Source: Acholeplasma laidlawii PG-8A (GTDB lineage Bacteria > Bacillota_I > Bacilli_A > Acholeplasmatales > Acholeplasmataceae). Taken from it: a DNA stretch of 32,000 nucleotides. Positions 9,156 to 18,260 of the stretch are shown piece after piece. The number at the start of each line of letters is the position of its first letter. Position 1 is the stretch's first letter. Below the pieces are notes generated by a model. That model made no database searches. It was not told where the DNA came from and saw only the letters and a list, made by a program, of their open reading frames with translations. The translations under genes and the position numbers were made by a program. Location of the stretch: NCBI RefSeq assembly GCF_000018785.1, contig NC_010163.1, forward strand, positions 930,001 through 962,000, written 5' to 3'.

Positions 9156-9163
9156 TATCCATG

Positions 9164-9799
9164 TTATTTTCCTATTGTATTAAATATATGTAATGCTTTT
9201 TTATATAATTCATCTTCATCATCAATTATGGCTCTTAGTTTAGACAACTGCGTTTCATTTTGCTCTGTCTTAAGCCAAAGTTTTAGGTAACCACCATGAC
9301 CATACTTATCTATAAGATGTGCTTTTACACCCTCATAAATTGTATCAAAATCTTCATTTCTTGAACCATTTAGTCTAAATTGAATGGTTCTTAATATGAT
9401 TTGGTCTGGATCAATTAATCTATCTGCTTCACTAATTATTTTACCATAAATGGTTCTTGGTGCGTGATCATTAGATGCTCTATGATCTTCTATGGCTTGT
9501 TTCATAACTAAAATTTCATCCTTGGTAAAGTAGTTTTGGATGAACGCATCGTCTTCTAATGTTTTGCCACCATCTATATGATGAGTTTTTCTATTCACAA
9601 GTAATCCGATATCATGATATACTGCAACAACATAAACCATCTCAATATTCACATCGTAATCTTTTGCTATCATAAGTGATTTTTCTATAACATCAAAGAC
9701 ATGATTTGGATGATGTGCCAAATCAAGCTGCTGATATTTAGGTATAATATTCGTCTCACAATATTTAATTAGTAACGGGTCTATATTTTGAAGCATCAT
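9164..9799 (-). CDS. HD-superfamily phosphohydrolase (YedJ-like)
   Basis: 211 aa. Motifs HHPNHV...YHDIGL...HHIDGG...EDHRASN...EADRLID match the His/Asp pattern of stand-alone HD hydrolases. No HD-GYP signature. Confidence 0.7.
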   Translation of the reverse strand: MMLQNIDPLLIKYCETNIIPKYQQLDLAHHPNHVFDVIEKSLMIAKDYDVNIEMVYVVAVYHDIGLLVNRKTHHIDGGKTLEDDAFIQNYFTKDEILVMKQAIEDHRASNDHAPRTIYGKIISEADRLIDPDQIILRTIQFRLNGSRNEDFDTIYEGVKAHLIDKYGHGGYLKLWLKTEQNETQLSKLRAIIDDEDELYKKALHIFNTIGK

Positions 9800-9859
9800 T
9801 TTAATATCTTGTCCCTTGATTAGATTAAAGATATTGTATCATTTTTATTGCTAAATAGA

Positions 9860-9891
9860 AATAAAAAAGGCTATATTATGTATATAACCTC
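9860..9891 (-). terminator. Intrinsic terminator after the GGDEF gene
   Basis: Minus strand AGGTTATAT...ATATAGCCT hairpin (9890-9869) followed by TTTTTTATTTC. Confidence 0.65.
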
Positions 9892-9897
9892 TAAATT

Positions 9898-10809
9898 TCA
9901 CACATAAAGTGTGACATTACCTTTACCTTTTTGTTTGGATTCGTACATGCACTTATCCCCAAGGTTTAGTAACCTATGATAATCTCTATTTTCATCTGTA
10001 ATTTTTACAATACCTACGGATAAACTTACACCAAGTTCCTTGGTCATATTATTTAGGTTTTCGATGTCTTCTACTAAATTATTTGCGCGTTTAACGATAG
10101 AGTCATCATCATGTTCGTAACAGTACATAGCAAACTCATCGCCACCCAATCTATAGTATAAAACATTATGTTCCCACTTACTTATAAAGAAGTTTGCTAT
10201 ATCAATCAAGAATTGATCACCTGCTTGGTGGCCATATTTATCATTAATGGATTTAAAATCATCAATATCTAGATAAAGTAAGTATGATCCTCTTGTATTC
10301 TGTAAGTAATCAATATGCATCTTTAAAGTCTCACGGCTAAACAGTCTAGTTAAACTATCTTGGTATGTTTTTTGATAATGAATAATGTTTACTGGTGTTT
10401 CATGATATATTCTAACAACCTGACCAAGTACGAGCGCTTGACCTTCAATACGTTTTAAGCTCACATATAACCAGATAGGTTTAAGGTCATTTTTAATGGG
10501 AATATATAAGAATATCTCATCTTTCAAATTCGTAAATTTTTCTCTTATCTTTTGAAGAAAAGTGTGTTTGCCCTCAACTTCTGCTAATAGATTGTCGGGT
10601 TCAACGAAATCTAGAAGTTTACTTGCCTCAATTTCATCAAAATTAGGTAATCCAATTTTACTTAAGTCCCCACTAATCAAATGACACATATTTGGTTTAA
10701 CATGAGTTTCTACAACAAAATATATTTGTCTATCATCGACAAATATTAGATCATTTAACACATTCAAATTAAACTTTGATTCGACTCTCTCCAAAAGACG
10801 TTTCTTCAT
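9898..10809 (-). CDS. GGDEF-domain diguanylate cyclase with uncharacterised N-terminal (about 150 aa) sensor region
   Basis: C-terminal GGDEF domain: DIDDFKSINDKYGHQAGDQFL, active-site RLGGDEFAM, and a KGKGN tail. Confidence 0.85.
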   Translation of the reverse strand: MKKRLLERVESKFNLNVLNDLIFVDDRQIYFVVETHVKPNMCHLISGDLSKIGLPNFDEIEASKLLDFVEPDNLLAEVEGKHTFLQKIREKFTNLKDEIFLYIPIKNDLKPIWLYVSLKRIEGQALVLGQVVRIYHETPVNIIHYQKTYQDSLTRLFSRETLKMHIDYLQNTRGSYLLYLDIDDFKSINDKYGHQAGDQFLIDIANFFISKWEHNVLYYRLGGDEFAMYCYEHDDDSIVKRANNLVEDIENLNNMTKELGVSLSVGIVKITDENRDYHRLLNLGDKCMYESKQKGKGNVTLYV

Positions 10810-10919
10810 TTAATAACCTTTATTACTTTCATTTAATTAATTAGCATCGCACGATATAAAGATAACATTAATCTAATAAAACAACAAGTAAATCTATAAT
10901 GAAAGCGCTTTTATACTTT

Positions 10920-10959
10920 CAAAATGTAAAATAGGAAGACTTTTGAATGTAGTCTTCCT
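10920..10959 (-). terminator. Intrinsic terminator after the antiporter gene
   Basis: Perfect 9-bp stem AGGAAGACT/AGTCTTCCT (10933-10941 / 10951-10959), followed on the minus strand by ATTTTACATTTTG. Confidence 0.65.
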
Positions 10960-10990
10960 AATATATTAGGTTATAAAAATGGTTCATGCA

Positions 10991-12178
10991 TTATAAAACC
11001 GATTTGGTTAATAACTTTTTATGCGTATTATCCATAAGTATTGCACCTAATGGTGCAGTAATCAATATCGCAAGAACAGCCATAGTAAGTACTAAATTAC
11101 CAACAGCCAAGCCTTCAGTTAATGCGATTGCACCGATCGATGCTTGAACTGTAGCTTTTGGTATGTAACTTATCATTGAAAATACTTTTTCTTTAGTGTT
11201 TAGATTTGTAAATAATAAGGATACATACACGCCAATCATTCTAAATACTAGAGCTATCATTAAAACAATCATCGGCATAAATCCAGCACTAATTGCGTAA
11301 TTTACGTCTACAGAAATACCCACTAAAACAAATAGTAAAATCTCAAAGAATAACCATAACTTATGATATCCTTCTTCTAATTCATGTGCAATCGTTCTAT
11401 TTTTAAATAATATGACCATACCGGTAGTTACAATACTAATTAAAGCAGAGAATGAAATCACATCTTGAATAAGGATTTCTAACCCTATAAGCATAAAAGA
11501 TACAGAGAGTAAAATCAGTATATTTGAAAGCATTGTTTTAGTGTGCTTTTTAAAAATCTTAACCATGAAGAGTCCAACACCAATACCGATAATTGCACCT
11601 AATATAATAGATATCGGTATTTGAAGTATAGACCAAGTATTTAGTGTATTTCCTTTAAGTACGCCTAAAAATGCATAAAACAATACAATAACAAAGATAT
11701 CATCTGCTGATGATCCTGCCATAATAAGTTCTGGTATATTTTTATTTGTACCATAGTTTGTTTTACTATATTTAATCATTCTTGGAATGATGACAGCAGG
11801 AGATACTGCTGCAATCACTGAGCCAATGAGTAACGCTTCAGGATAAGTCACACCCAAAAGCATTGGTGCAAAGATAGTAATCGCCACAATTTCAAATACA
11901 GCCGGTACAAAACACATGAGGATTGCAGGTCGCCCTATTTTCTTCAAATTATCTATATTAAGTGATAAGCCTGAACGGGTAAGGATAATCACTAAAGCTA
12001 TCTGACGTAAATATCCTGAAATTTGTAAAACCGTTCCATCAATAATATTTAATATGGACGGACCCATGAGCATACCTACTATGATCATACCTACAATTTT
12101 AGGTAACCTTATTTTTTCAAATAATATACCCGCTAAGAATCCCGTGATTAAAATGATACCTAAACTTAATAATGCCAT
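10991..12178 (-). CDS. Cation:proton antiporter (Na+/H+ exchanger family)
   Basis: 395 aa, about 11-12 predicted TM helices. Sequence is typical of the CPA family (GFLAGILFEKIRLPKIVGMIIVGMLMGPS...). Confidence 0.8.
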   Translation of the reverse strand: MALLSLGIILITGFLAGILFEKIRLPKIVGMIIVGMLMGPSILNIIDGTVLQISGYLRQIALVIILTRSGLSLNIDNLKKIGRPAILMCFVPAVFEIVAITIFAPMLLGVTYPEALLIGSVIAAVSPAVIIPRMIKYSKTNYGTNKNIPELIMAGSSADDIFVIVLFYAFLGVLKGNTLNTWSILQIPISIILGAIIGIGVGLFMVKIFKKHTKTMLSNILILLSVSFMLIGLEILIQDVISFSALISIVTTGMVILFKNRTIAHELEEGYHKLWLFFEILLFVLVGISVDVNYAISAGFMPMIVLMIALVFRMIGVYVSLLFTNLNTKEKVFSMISYIPKATVQASIGAIALTEGLAVGNLVLTMAVLAILITAPLGAILMDNTHKKLLTKSVL

Positions 12179-12207
12179 GTAAATCTCCTAATAAAAACTT
12201 TAAATTC

Positions 12208-13389
12208 CTATACAATAAAACCTAAAAACATTGAAAGTAAAATAATGATTGGTGCAGGTATCTTTTTCGTTAATAAGAGTAATGTAGAAACCACTACAAC
12301 AACATATACCTTAAAGTCTACTTCTAGTTTAAGTGATTGGTTGATTGCAGTCATTACTATCAAACTGGCTGCAGTAATACTTACTCCAGTTAAGAAGCGT
12401 TTCATTAAAGGCATTTTTCTTGAAGCTTTCCATAAAGGGAATATGAAAAATACTAATAATATACCCGGCAAGAAAATACTAAAACCACCAATTATACCTG
12501 CTAGAAAACTCAGACTACTACCATCAAATGATCTTGCTGATACAAATGAAGCAAAACTAAATAACGGACCAGGTATTGCCTGATCGATTGCATAACCTGC
12601 TAAAAAGTCATTTAAAGAGATAATCGATTGATTATTCACCAAATCAGTAATCATAAGTGGCACAACAATTTGCCCACCACCAATTACAGAATAACCATAT
12701 TTATAAAATGAGGTGTAGATATTTAAAATAGAAATATCGAATGTTTGACTTAAAACCTCATTAACGAGTGCTAGCACTACAACAATGATTAGTATAAACC
12801 ATTTTGGTTTATATTCAAGTTTATCGTTGCGTTTTTCACTTATTTTAGGAACTACATAACTTAAGCCCCCGAGTATAAGTAATAACGGTACTATCCACAT
12901 AGATAGATTTGCAAATAATAACCCTAATATAAGCATTATAATGTATAAAATAATATCCGTTTTAACCTTTAGTACTTTTCTAGATAAGGTAATCGCAGCA
13001 TATACAATAAATGAAATTGCTGCTGCAGGTAGATACATGAGTACTGGTTCCCATGCATGATTAGCATCTATAAACGTAAAAAACATACCGAGTAAAGTCA
13101 TGACTATCATTGCAGGTAATGCCCAAACTAGAAAGGTAAAGATTGCCAGTAATTTACCACCAACATAATAACCAATAGCTGTAATTGTTTGAGTACTACT
13201 GGGACCCGGGACTAATGCATATAACCCTATCATTTCTGTAAGTTCTTCTTCAGTGATGTATTTCTTCTTTTTAACTAATATGGAAGAAAATACACCATAG
13301 TGAGCTTCAGGTCCACCATATGATCCTAAAGAACATAGAAAAACATCCCATAAAAACATATACCACTTAACTTTATGTAAATTATCCAT
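12208..13389 (-). CDS. chrA: Chromate ion transporter (CHR family), two-domain ChrA
   Basis: 393 aa polytopic protein with duplicated CHR halves. N-terminal half has the family-typical LGSYGGPEAHYGVF and ALVPGPSSTQ; second half has IGGGQIVVPL and AIPGPLFSFASF. Confidence 0.8.
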   Translation of the reverse strand: MDNLHKVKWYMFLWDVFLCSLGSYGGPEAHYGVFSSILVKKKKYITEEELTEMIGLYALVPGPSSTQTITAIGYYVGGKLLAIFTFLVWALPAMIVMTLLGMFFTFIDANHAWEPVLMYLPAAAISFIVYAAITLSRKVLKVKTDIILYIIMLILGLLFANLSMWIVPLLLILGGLSYVVPKISEKRNDKLEYKPKWFILIIVVVLALVNEVLSQTFDISILNIYTSFYKYGYSVIGGGQIVVPLMITDLVNNQSIISLNDFLAGYAIDQAIPGPLFSFASFVSARSFDGSSLSFLAGIIGGFSIFLPGILLVFFIFPLWKASRKMPLMKRFLTGVSITAASLIVMTAINQSLKLEVDFKVYVVVVVSTLLLLTKKIPAPIIILLSMFLGFIV

Positions 13390-13559
13390 ATACTATCCTC
13401 AAAAAATATCTATCTTGTCATAAACATATAATCATTATACATAAGGGTCCCTTTATTTGGCCACCAATCACATTATATTTTATGTGTTTTTTACACAAGA
13501 TAGCTATTTATTGACATAATGAAGCAATCTTATTGTTAAAGTATTGAAAACGTGGTAAT

Positions 13560-13576
13560 CTAGTTATCATAACTAG
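13560..13576. promoter_or_regulatory. Perfect 8+1+8 palindrome CTAGTTAT-C-ATAACTAG immediately upstream of the SD of the DUF1836-degV operon
   Basis: Read directly from the sequence. It ends 3 nt before GGAGG and 13 nt before the ATG at 13590. Confidence 0.4.
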
Positions 13577-13589
13577 ATGGAGGTATTGG

Positions 13590-14135
13590 ATGGATTCAGA
13601 AATACAAAAATGGATAAATAAAATAGAACATATAAAGCTACCACGTTGGGAAGAACTACCTGACATTGAACTTTATTCAGAACAAGTCATACACTATGTA
13701 AACCAACATTTAGGCTATATATTTATTGATCACGAAGATATCAAAGATAGTTTTGTTACACCTTCAATGATTAATAACTATGTAAAACATAAAATTATGA
13801 CACCACCAATCAAGAAAAAATATAAAAGGTCACACATTGCTTTCATTATTACAATCACCATACTTAAACAAGTAGGTAGCCTAAATGATGTTCAAAAAGG
13901 TATAATCCACTTAACTTCTGTATATGGTAAAGTCGATGCATACAATACATTTATTGACTTTCTAGAGCAGTCATTACTATCTGCTGTGAGTGAACTCAAA
14001 GGAAAACCAAATATAACTTATTATTCTAAACCTGTATCAATTGATCTATTACCGCTTAAAACAGCTACCATAGCATTTTCTTCTATCATGCTATCTAGCT
14101 ATCTGTTTTCAAAATTAGACATCAAAAACACATAA
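13590..14135 (+). CDS. DUF1836 domain protein (usual DegV partner)
   Basis: 181 aa. Family-like PSMINNYVKHKIMTPPIKKKY core. Sits directly upstream of degV, the usual context for DUF1836. Confidence 0.7.
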   Translation: MDSEIQKWINKIEHIKLPRWEELPDIELYSEQVIHYVNQHLGYIFIDHEDIKDSFVTPSMINNYVKHKIMTPPIKKKYKRSHIAFIITITILKQVGSLNDVQKGIIHLTSVYGKVDAYNTFIDFLEQSLLSAVSELKGKPNITYYSKPVSIDLLPLKTATIAFSSIMLSSYLFSKLDIKNT

Positions 14136-14148
14136 AGGAGTTTCAAAT

Positions 14149-15000
14149 ATGAAACAAAATATCGCAATACTTGCAGATTCAGGATCTGACATCAACATAG
14201 ACTCAACAAATATGCCTCTATATATACTTCCATTAAGAATTATTATTGATGGTAAAGAATATATTGATAAAAAAGAAATTTCATTAAAAGAGGTTTTAAG
14301 TCATATTGATCATAAAAAAGTAACTACTTCTCTACCAAGTCCAAAAGACATTGAAGGTACTTTTGACCAAATTAAAAAAGACGGGTTCACGCATGTTATT
14401 TGTATCCCGATTTCAAAAGGTTTAAGTGGTACAATGAATATCATTAGACAAATTGCCGAAGATTATCAAGGTTTAACAATCGAGCTTATCGATACCAAAA
14501 ACATTAGTATGGCTAGCGGATATAGTTCATTAGAAGCACTTCATATGATTAAAGAAGGTAAATCGTTCGAAGAAATTGTAAACATGATTAACCAAAACCT
14601 AACACATAAAAAAGTATTTTTCACAGTTGATAAACTTGTTTACCTAAAAAAAGGTGGACGTATTGGTTTAGTATCAGCAACAGTGGCTGATTTATTAAAA
14701 ATTAAACCCGTAATTACATGTAATCATGAAGGTATCTACTATACAGTCAAAAAACAAAGAGGCTATCAAAAAGCTGTTAATGAACTGATTCATCAAGTTG
14801 TAGAATTTGTTAAAGACAGTAAGAGTTATGATGTTGCTTTAATGAACAGTGACACTAAACTAAATTTAGAAGATTTCTCATCAAAAATCAAAGAAGCTCT
14901 ACCTCATATTAGAAACTTTAGTATATCAAACATTACACCAGCCTTAGCAATTCACACCGGTCCAGAAGCGCTTGGTATAGCTGTTTCAATTAATCTATAA
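14149..15000 (+). CDS. DegV-family fatty-acid-binding protein
   Basis: 283 aa. N-terminal IAILADSGSDI, mid GLSGT, and C-terminal HTGPEALGIAV, typical of DegV. Confidence 0.9.
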   Translation: MKQNIAILADSGSDINIDSTNMPLYILPLRIIIDGKEYIDKKEISLKEVLSHIDHKKVTTSLPSPKDIEGTFDQIKKDGFTHVICIPISKGLSGTMNIIRQIAEDYQGLTIELIDTKNISMASGYSSLEALHMIKEGKSFEEIVNMINQNLTHKKVFFTVDKLVYLKKGGRIGLVSATVADLLKIKPVITCNHEGIYYTVKKQRGYQKAVNELIHQVVEFVKDSKSYDVALMNSDTKLNLEDFSSKIKEALPHIRNFSISNITPALAIHTGPEALGIAVSINL

Positions 15001-15008
15001 AAATATAA

Positions 15009-15046
15009 CGGTCACTCTATCTATCTGATATAGTGACCGTTTTTTA
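15009..15046. terminator. Bidirectional intrinsic terminator between convergent degV and the rsmH-like gene
   Basis: CGGTCACT (15009-15016) pairs with AGTGACCG (15032-15039). TTTTTT follows on the plus strand and a T-rich run on the minus strand. Confidence 0.8.
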
Positions 15047-16081
15047 TTAACCTTTAATAGCAATCCTTAGTTTTGCAGATCTTGCTCTTGGATTATTAAA
15101 TACTTCTTCTTTACTTGGTAATATCGGACCTTCTGTCATACTAAATACACCATCATTTAAATATTGTTTAAATGCCTTTTTAACTAGCCTATCCTCACCG
15201 GAGTGAAATGATAAAATAGCCACTTTACCACCAGGATTTAATTTACCCGGTAATTTGTCAAGCATCTCAAATAACACTTCATACTCACTGTTAACATCAA
15301 TTCTTAATGCTTGAAAAGTTCTACTCGATGCTTTTTTTAGTTCTTCTTCATATACTTTTTTTGACACCTTTTGTAGTGCTGATGCAATGACCTGGTGTAA
15401 ATCTAATGTCGTTCGGATGTACCTTCCTTGTATTTTCGCTTTTGTAATTTCTTTAGCTATTTCTTTTGCATAAATTTCATCAGCGTTTTCAATTAACATA
15501 TGCTCAATTTCTATTTCACTCATCTCAAGTAATCTTACATATGCCGGAATACCAACATTTGGATTCATTCTTAGATCTAAAGGACCTTCTTCTCTAAATG
15601 TAAAGCCTCTATCCGGATTATCAATTTGCATAGAAGAAACACCTAAATCCGCCAAAATAAAATCAAAGCCTTCAGTATCAATTGCATCAAAATCCTTGAA
15701 ATTTAATTGATGAAGCGTAAAGTTATCTTTATTAAATCCGTAACTTTCTAGTCTAGCCCTTGTTTTTGGTAGTTCAATAGGATCTTGATCAATTCCATGT
15801 AAGTGTCCTGTGTGATTTAATTTTTTTAAAATTTCCTTACTATGTCCACCAAATCCAGTGGTTAAGTCAATCCCTACTTGTCCTAATTTTATATCAAAAA
15901 AATGTAGTATTTCATCAACCATAATTGAACGATGCATACCTGCAGGTGTATTACCCTTCTTCATAACTTTTTGAATAGTTTCTTTATACTTTTCAGGGTT
16001 TTTTTCTTTGTATTTTTCATTATATTTTTTTGGATACAGACCACTATATCTTTTTCTTCTTACTCGTTTATTTTCTTCCAT
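15047..16081 (-). CDS. rsmH: RsmH (MraW)-family SAM-dependent rRNA cytosine-N4 methyltransferase with a Lys-rich N-terminal extension
   Basis: Motifs GFGGHS, DLGVSSMQIDNPDRGFTF, PLDLRM, LSFHSGEDRLVK and NPRARSAKLR. The first 45 aa or so are highly basic (KRVRRKRYSGLYPKKYNEKYKEKNPEKYK). Confidence 0.8.
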   Translation of the reverse strand: MEENKRVRRKRYSGLYPKKYNEKYKEKNPEKYKETIQKVMKKGNTPAGMHRSIMVDEILHFFDIKLGQVGIDLTTGFGGHSKEILKKLNHTGHLHGIDQDPIELPKTRARLESYGFNKDNFTLHQLNFKDFDAIDTEGFDFILADLGVSSMQIDNPDRGFTFREEGPLDLRMNPNVGIPAYVRLLEMSEIEIEHMLIENADEIYAKEIAKEITKAKIQGRYIRTTLDLHQVIASALQKVSKKVYEEELKKASSRTFQALRIDVNSEYEVLFEMLDKLPGKLNPGGKVAILSFHSGEDRLVKKAFKQYLNDGVFSMTEGPILPSKEEVFNNPRARSAKLRIAIKG

Positions 16082-16099
16082 ATTAGGGCACCTCTAAAT

Positions 16100-16128
16100 A
16101 CTATAACAAATAAGACCAAATTAAACAA
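16100..16128 (-). promoter_or_regulatory. Candidate sigma-70-type promoter for the rsmH-like gene (TTGTTT-17-TATAGT)
   Basis: Minus strand: TTGTTT (16128-16123), 17-nt spacer, TATAGT (16105-16100). SD AGAGGTG follows. Confidence 0.45.
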
Positions 16129-16181
16129 ACTAAAATGTCTTTATTTACTTTCTTATCTTCCACTTCTTCAATATTTTAAAG

Positions 16182-16211
16182 AAAATACACCCAGTAAGTC
16201 AGATGTATTTT
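16182..16211 (-). terminator. Possible terminator after the 400-aa lipoprotein gene
   Basis: 8-bp stem AAAATACA/TGTATTTT with a 14-nt loop, followed on the minus strand by CTTTAAAA. Weak U-tract. Confidence 0.4.
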
Positions 16212-16241
16212 GTCAAGATATATTATATCTAAACTTATCTT

Positions 16242-17444
16242 TTAAGTGATAGATCTGTAAACCAAATCAAACTCAGTAATACCTTCTACATCTAATTTAT
16301 CCAAAGTGACTAGATACGTATAAGAACTAAACGCTGTTGCACCACTTAGAATACTATGAACATTCAGTGTTAACGTATCATCTTTAGTAGTTACAGAGTA
16401 CACATAATTTTCACTCATTCTTGTTTCCAATTTATAGTAGAAAATAACTATATGTTCTTCAAAATAAGCTTCATCGTAAATAGAAAGGAGTTCATCAAAA
16501 TAGGTTGATTTAATATCATATTTTAAAGTTATACTTGTTGTTTTAGCTAAATTTATGTTATTAATAAATTCATCATGATTTTTAGCATAAAAGAATATAT
16601 AATTTGATAATTCTTCATTTAATGCTTCATAACGCACATCAAACGTAGGTACTTTTTCATCAATTAATAGGTAGTTTTCCCCAAAATTTGTGGAAAACCA
16701 TAACTTTTCCTGATGCATTGTATTATATTTAGGGTTTGTGAAGTCATAAAATTCATAAGCTATTGGATAATATACTTGGTTAGATTTAGTATTCCCCATC
16801 AAATAATTAAATCCAGTGCCAATCAAAATCAACTGACTTTCTTCATCATATATTGACATCATAAATGTACCGTTAGGTTGTACATCATAGAATGCTTGTG
16901 TGATATTATTTTTATGTAGTTCGTTTAAAGTATTTGATTCATCTTTTATACCAAGTTTAATACTGAAATCCCTGAAAAGAGCTACATTTTGAATGTTTGA
17001 TAAGTGTCCCAAAATAAGTTCTACACTATAAGGTAATATGTAGTCTGAGAGTATAAAGAGGCTCAGTGGATTTACAGATGATTTAATGCGCATATTTGGA
17101 TAATAATATAATAGTTTATAGACACCATTTTGTTTAACAATGTCCAAATGTATATACAAGTTACTATCTAACTTTTCTACTTGTGTTAGTAGATAATCTA
17201 ACCCCTGAACATGACTAAACTTAAAAGAAAGTTCATTACTTATCTCAATGCCTTCGTTTATATATTCCAGTTCACCAAATTTATCTAATACTATTGATTT
17301 CTTATCTATAGTAACAAAAGTTACTTGATGTTTTTCATCTTCATTTATTTGATCATCATCTGACTTTGTTAGATCATTGGGTGTACAAGATATAAGAGAA
17401 AATAAACTTACTAAAGTCATGAAAATAATTAATATTTTCTTCAT
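16242..17444 (-). CDS. Lipoprotein of unknown function
   Basis: Signal peptide with lipobox (MKKILIIFMTLVSLFSLISC). 400 aa, Asn/Tyr-rich, no recognised domain. Confidence 0.7.
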   Translation of the reverse strand: MKKILIIFMTLVSLFSLISCTPNDLTKSDDDQINEDEKHQVTFVTIDKKSIVLDKFGELEYINEGIEISNELSFKFSHVQGLDYLLTQVEKLDSNLYIHLDIVKQNGVYKLLYYYPNMRIKSSVNPLSLFILSDYILPYSVELILGHLSNIQNVALFRDFSIKLGIKDESNTLNELHKNNITQAFYDVQPNGTFMMSIYDEESQLILIGTGFNYLMGNTKSNQVYYPIAYEFYDFTNPKYNTMHQEKLWFSTNFGENYLLIDEKVPTFDVRYEALNEELSNYIFFYAKNHDEFINNINLAKTTSITLKYDIKSTYFDELLSIYDEAYFEEHIVIFYYKLETRMSENYVYSVTTKDDTLTLNVHSILSGATAFSSYTYLVTLDKLDVEGITEFDLVYRSIT

Positions 17445-17565
17445 TTATCCCACGCTCCATTATTTTTTTTACTTAGAAAACAAACCTCATAGAACCTTCC
17501 CTATTTAATCTTCATGTTAGCGTTATTATAATCGTATTATATCATTATAATTTAGATATTATATT

Positions 17566-18168
17566 TTATTGTTTTTGCTTTCTAGACAATGCATATTTTA
17601 AGTTCATGACTAGAACACCAATAATGATGATTGTTTGGATATAGTAGATATATGCTGCAATATTAGAAAATAAACTAAACAATTCAACCGTCAAATCTTT
17701 TATAAAATGGTTTAGAATCATTGAGCCTATAAAATTTATCAGGCCAATCGCTATATAAGTCATAGTTAATACTCTTCCACCTATATTCAACCTATTATAA
17801 AGACTTAATAAAAATACAACAGTGATAACTGGTGCAAAGTTAATAGATTGCGCCATGAGCACTATGGAACTTCCTGTTTCTACACTAAAGCCTAACCTAA
17901 TCCAAGTAGTGATAATACTGGAAATTGGTGATGCAATAAGCAATAGACAGGAAATTATGAGGAAAATATTATCTTTATTATCTAAAATAATCAAGATTAG
18001 GCCAATAATGATCACGATAGTCATCAAAATATTTGATGCAAGTACATAATTTATATATATATCAAACGGTATCGATATAAATGATAATACAACCTTATTT
18101 ATCATACCAGCCATATAAGATGTTATCATAAGTATAAATCCAAAGATTCTTTTCTCATTTATTATCAT
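17566..18168 (-). CDS. Polytopic membrane protein of unknown function (about 6 TM helices)
   Basis: 200-aa ORF, hydrophobic throughout. No recognisable family. Confidence 0.6.
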   Translation of the reverse strand: MIINEKRIFGFILMITSYMAGMINKVVLSFISIPFDIYINYVLASNILMTIVIIIGLILIILDNKDNIFLIISCLLLIASPISSIITTWIRLGFSVETGSSIVLMAQSINFAPVITVVFLLSLYNRLNIGGRVLTMTYIAIGLINFIGSMILNHFIKDLTVELFSLFSNIAAYIYYIQTIIIIGVLVMNLKYALSRKQKQ

Positions 18169-18212
18169 CCTTTTTAAAACGTTTTTTAAGTGTAATTATT
18201 ATATCACAGATA

Positions 18213-18251
18213 AAAAAATAATTGATTACACACTATAATCAATTATTTTTT
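18213..18251 (-). terminator. Intrinsic terminator after the SDF symporter gene
   Basis: Perfect 16-bp AT-rich inverted repeat AAAAAATAATTGATTA/TAATCAATTATTTTTT with a 7-nt loop. T-runs on both sides. Confidence 0.7.
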
Positions 18252-18260
18252 TCGAACTAA

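Noticed and set aside
9097-9163. Mg2+ (M-box) or other riboswitch upstream of the CNNM/CorC transporter gene
   Set aside because: The intergenic region is only 67 nt and holds one simple 9-bp hairpin, which is far too short for an M-box.
9164-9799. HD protein next to the GGDEF gene as an HD-GYP c-di-GMP phosphodiesterase
   Set aside because: There is no HHExxDGxGYP-type signature. The His/Asp pattern and size fit a generic YedJ-like HD hydrolase.
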